Shown here: one piece after another, positions 60,487 through 64,000 of the stretch
Numbering within the stretch: position 1 is the stretch's first letter
How the letters are laid out: each line of letters begins with the position of its first letter
From: Caldisericia bacterium
GTDB lineage: Bacteria > Caldisericota > Caldisericia > JAAYUI01
Assembly: GCA_963674785.1 (NCBI GenBank)
Contig: OY771555.1
Coordinates: 512,001-576,000, forward strand
Length of the DNA stretch: 64,000 nucleotides
Direction: 5' to 3'
Position numbers and translations under genes: made by a program
Notes under the pieces: generated by a model
The model's input: only the letters and a program-made list of their open reading frames with translations
What the model was told of the DNA's origin: nothing
Database searches by the model: none

Positions 60487-60978
60487 TTATTCCCAGACAA
60501 TTTCCCAACAAACAGTTTTTGATACTTCATTTGTTTTTGGTTCATTACATTGTGCAATAGAAAAAAGTGTTCCATCTGAAAGGAACAATCCCACTTTTCT
60601 CCAGTTAAAATTCATCTCGGGTGTACCCACAAAATTTGTTATAATCAATTTATCACCAACAGGGTCAACCTGCTCAATCACTCTTTTTGATGTGGTTCTT
60701 CCAAGCGATGTGTCAAATTGTGTTGGAGTTTCTGTTGATGTTGATGCCCCAAATTTCAAAATCTTGAACCTTGGAACAATGCTTCCATTATGGTTTTTCT
60801 GCGGATTTGAGAGAGCAGAAATCACAGCCCTTCTTCCTGCAGATGTTATCAAATTCCTGGTTTCAAAATCATCAATTATCACCTTCCCAAAAAGATGATC
60901 TTTGATGAACATATCCATCTGGGTTTCATTCATCCCCTCAGGAATCTTTCCTTTTATCATCATAAGCCAATTCTTCAT
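60487..60978 (-). CDS. Phage tail protein
   Basis: RNLITSAGR, FG....PT..DTSL, W..VGLF..DGTLFS. Confidence 0.6.
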   Translation of the reverse strand: MKNWLMMIKGKIPEGMNETQMDMFIKDHLFGKVIIDDFETRNLITSAGRRAVISALSNPQKNHNGSIVPRFKILKFGASTSTETPTQFDTSLGRTTSKRVIEQVDPVGDKLIITNFVGTPEMNFNWRKVGLFLSDGTLFSIAQCNEPKTNEVSKTVCWEIVWE

Positions 60979-62696
60979 CAGTTTCCCTCCCATTCGCTTG
61001 CACCAAAAAAACTCAAGCTGAATCCATAGTCTTCATCCGGATTGAGATTTCCAATCTCAGCAACTCCATCGCTTACACCCAGACTCGAACTGATTGTTGA
61101 TATTGAATTTACAAGGTCTCCACCATTGTCTGTATTTTCAAGTTGATGAATCCTCCTCATCACATCTGCCATTAGTGATGAATACAAGTATGGATCGAGT
61201 GTAGAATCAGCAAGGATTCTCCAGGATTCAGGTGTTATTTCGTGAGTAACTTTTGTCAGTTTGACATTATTATGTGTGCCAAATCTGCTCAAGTTTATAT
61301 CAACAAGTTGTCCTGATTTCAGATTTGTACTGTAAACCTCATCACCATTTTTGAACCTATAGACTGTGACCTTGCCCTTAAGTGGTGGATTTTTGTGTTT
61401 TTCCAGAAGGTAGTCAGCATATTTATAAAGCACACTCCAGTCAGTGATAGAAGGCCTATTAACCTTCGGAAGGTCAATCTGCACCCCATATTCAGAAACG
61501 GATTCTTCAGATACCTCTGTTATATAGGATATCTGCATCTTCCTTTTATATCTTATCATGTAACCAAGAAGGACATCCTCCACTGTGGGTGATTCATCTG
61601 GGTCAACCTGATTTCTGAGTCTGTTGCCAATAAACCCGGCATTGGAAGCTACAGCCTGAGATTTCACATAGACATATCCACCATCAGAAAGGTCGTCTGC
61701 TTCATCAACATAGATGGCATCAAAATCTGTTATTATGTTGTGACTTGTGATGGCAAGAGTTTTTGACCCAAGGGTTACCCCAGAACTGGTTCCAACTGTG
61801 GCTGCTAGACTTTCAGTAGATGAAGCCGCCATCCATACACTCTGCCCTGCAATGTCTTCGCTTTTTCCACAGTCGACCTGAACAATACGACCGTTTTCTA
61901 AAACCCCATCACCTCTATCAAAAACCTTGAAAACTTTGACACCATCATTTTTATACCAAATAGGTATCTGCAGTGGATAGTTATCAGAGAAAAACAGCTG
62001 CGTTGTTTCTTCAAGATCATCAACTGAAACATACTGCTCTGTGAAATTCTTGGCATCACCGACCCCACCTTCAACCCAGACTCTATTTGCAAGAGTTGTA
62101 TAGTCCCTTGCAAACGCTGTTGTTTTGCCCTTTGAAGTATCAACCACATCATCCGTGATATCTTCCATGACTTTCTCAATGAAAACCGGGCCAAAATAGT
62201 GGTCTCGTTCCGAAGAAACACTCCATGACCAGCCCATTAAATCAGCAAGCGTTGATAGACACTGATTCAAACTTGTTCCATTGAATCTGAGTGTTGCTGT
62301 TTCTGTAGTTTCTGTAACTGCATTTACTGTATGTTCTGGCAAATATTTCTGAATAAGCGATTTGTAGATTTCTGAAATCTGCCAGTCTTTGAAATGTTCT
62401 TTTACTTGCCTGTATCCGCATTCTATTGACCAATCACGGGCAATGATTTTTTGGCTTGTTCCAGTGAGTTCCTCAGTGTTACCGGGATAACCCTCAACCC
62501 TCCCGCCAAAAATCAAAGCGTCTTCCACATCCCTTATCTCAACAACCTCAAAGGCTGGAATCTCAAGTTTTTCACCGACCTTTAAAAAAAGCTGAGCTGT
62601 TGTTGCCTCAGAAATCGCATCAATAATCATCACACGCTCAACCCTTGCTGTAACATCAACAGAACCGAGGGTAATGCTTCCTAGTCCGCAAAACAT
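60978..62696 (-). CDS. Phage tail hub/Tal-like protein
   Basis: IFGGRV, ARDWS, L..LA...GWSW.V, NRVWVEG, S..EYG, LKSGQLV. Confidence 0.6.
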   Translation of the reverse strand: MFCGLGSITLGSVDVTARVERVMIIDAISEATTAQLFLKVGEKLEIPAFEVVEIRDVEDALIFGGRVEGYPGNTEELTGTSQKIIARDWSIECGYRQVKEHFKDWQISEIYKSLIQKYLPEHTVNAVTETTETATLRFNGTSLNQCLSTLADLMGWSWSVSSERDHYFGPVFIEKVMEDITDDVVDTSKGKTTAFARDYTTLANRVWVEGGVGDAKNFTEQYVSVDDLEETTQLFFSDNYPLQIPIWYKNDGVKVFKVFDRGDGVLENGRIVQVDCGKSEDIAGQSVWMAASSTESLAATVGTSSGVTLGSKTLAITSHNIITDFDAIYVDEADDLSDGGYVYVKSQAVASNAGFIGNRLRNQVDPDESPTVEDVLLGYMIRYKRKMQISYITEVSEESVSEYGVQIDLPKVNRPSITDWSVLYKYADYLLEKHKNPPLKGKVTVYRFKNGDEVYSTNLKSGQLVDINLSRFGTHNNVKLTKVTHEITPESWRILADSTLDPYLYSSLMADVMRRIHQLENTDNGGDLVNSISTISSSLGVSDGVAEIGNLNPDEDYGFSLSFFGASEWEGN

Positions 62697-62701
62697 CAGT
62701 C

Positions 62702-64000
62702 CTAAACTCCCCTGAATTCTACAAGCTCAAGAATGGCTTTCTGTGCTTCGATGGCTGCATCCTGGGCAAGTGTGGAAACCAGCTCCTGAATTGAGCCATT
62801 GTATCCACCAAGGTCAAGATTGAATGTTTGATTTACTTGGACAGCACCAACCGAGAGACTTGTTGAATCTCCGCCCGAAGTGGTTGGAATTTTATCAGCC
62901 CATTTGTTGCTTGAAGCTGGAAGACCCATGCTTGACCTGTCGTATCCCCAATCAGACATCCTCTGTTTTTGTTGGGCAAGCACCGCACTTGTTGGGTCTG
63001 TTTCAATCCAGTTTTCATTTTCAGACCTCATCGCATCAGCCATCTCCTGTGGCATGTAGAGGTCATTTCCATACTGGTCTCTTCCGTGGAAGTATTCATA
63101 TGGACTTTTGTATGTTGAGCTACTTCCCGATGCTCCGGCAAATGTCTGACTGAAACCAAACATTGTGGGTGATGAGAAAGTTGAATTTTCAATCCCACCT
63201 GTTCCACCTGAAAATGTTTGTGAAAATCCACTTGACCAATAATTGCTGCTACCTGATAAAATACCACTAGCATAATCACTTGAAAAAGAATCGGTCATTC
63301 TAGAAAGAAGACTCACCAAAAGCTTTGCAGACTCATCCTCAGAACTCTGTGTCCACGCTGAATTTGCAAGCTTCCAGGTATCGTAATCTCCACCCTGAAT
63401 ATCTGAAAGTCGCTGTTTTTTCCACTCATCAGCTATTGTTTTTGCGAGAGTTTCAGCTGACTCTTCCTCGCTTCCATTTGTTGTGTTTATAACGGTTTCG
63501 AGTCTTTCAAGTAGGCTGAGGTCGAGTTTATCCCAATCTCCGCCCTCCCATGATGCAGCATATCTCTGGTAACCAACCCCTCCACCTTCAGTGAAGGATA
63601 CACCCAAAACATCGGCAATTTTTGTCAGATGCTCATTTATGTCGTTACCAAACCACCCTCTTGTCTGCCCACCTGAAAATGCTATCTCTTCACCTTGAAG
63701 TGATTTTGTAAGATTGAAAATCTTGCCGAAAATATTACCAGCAGAATCGTCATCATCAGCACTATCAAGCATCTTTATTGCTGATTCAATATCCCATTGC
63801 CCGGAAAGACCAAGCCTTTCTTGCCAGCTTTCGGGCAGGTCTTCAATACCCATATTTGCAGGAAGATGACCAAAACCAAGTTTTTCAGCACTCTCGATAC
63901 TCCCCTGTTTTCTAACAAAGGCATCCCACCATTCCGTGTTTACAAGGTCGACAGGAAGCCCTGTTTCTGAATCAATCTCTGAGTCTCTAAGGTTTTGTGC
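62702..64000 (-). CDS. Tape-measure-like protein, C-terminal part (5' truncated by the window)
   Basis: Frame is open to position 64000; Ser/Gly-rich low-complexity C-terminus ending VQVNQTFN..., directly upstream of tail genes. Confidence 0.55.
   Translation of the reverse strand, partial: AQNLRDSEIDSETGLPVDLVNTEWWDAFVRKQGSIESAEKLGFGHLPANMGIEDLPESWQERLGLSGQWDIESAIKMLDSADDDDSAGNIFGKIFNLTKSLQGEEIAFSGGQTRGWFGNDINEHLTKIADVLGVSFTEGGGVGYQRYAASWEGGDWDKLDLSLLERLETVINTTNGSEEESAETLAKTIADEWKKQRLSDIQGGDYDTWKLANSAWTQSSEDESAKLLVSLLSRMTDSFSSDYASGILSGSSNYWSSGFSQTFSGGTGGIENSTFSSPTMFGFSQTFAGASGSSSTYKSPYEYFHGRDQYGNDLYMPQEMADAMRSENENWIETDPTSAVLAQQKQRMSDWGYDRSSMGLPASSNKWADKIPTTSGGDSTSLSVGAVQVNQTFNLDLGGYNGSIQELVSTLAQDAAIEAQKAILELVEFRGV

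Larger units (their letters stand above)
55455..64000 (-). mobile_element. Prophage tail and lysis module (continues beyond the window)
   Basis: Tightly coupled co-oriented genes: tape-measure C-terminus, tail proteins, holin-like and amidase-like genes; no integrase or att site visible. Confidence 0.75.

Overview
Low-GC bacterial chromosomal window using the standard code (TGA ends gyrA and alaS). The many beta-propeller lipoproteins and copper-amine-oxidase N-terminal-domain proteins suggest Caldisericota, but this is inference only. Housekeeping blocks are gyrB-gyrA-archease, ftsQ-like-ftsZ-yggS-sepF-alaS-AKR-ruvX, 3xM23 peptidase-bactofilin, tldD-pmbA and tRNA-Thr(CGT). They alternate with AT-rich accessory genes: a DUF4917/SIR2-like gene, an MjaII/TdeIII-like R-M pair, RloA/RloB, an AAA_14 ATPase, Fic, and paralogous surface lipoproteins. 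Clusters of REP-like palindromes punctuate these. From about 55.4 kb to the window end lies the tail/lysis end of a prophage. The most interesting signal is a secreted-protein gene at 29215-29736 that the ORF track splits. It has a single in-frame TGA followed by a bacterial-SECIS-like hairpin, so it is a candidate new exported selenoprotein. Also notable: 99-nt-period degenerate copies of the tRNA-Thr 3' half, a 7-copy REPIN-like element, a recurring leaderless-promoter architecture, and a prophage endolysin-like protein with a degenerate amidase plus a host-type surface domain.
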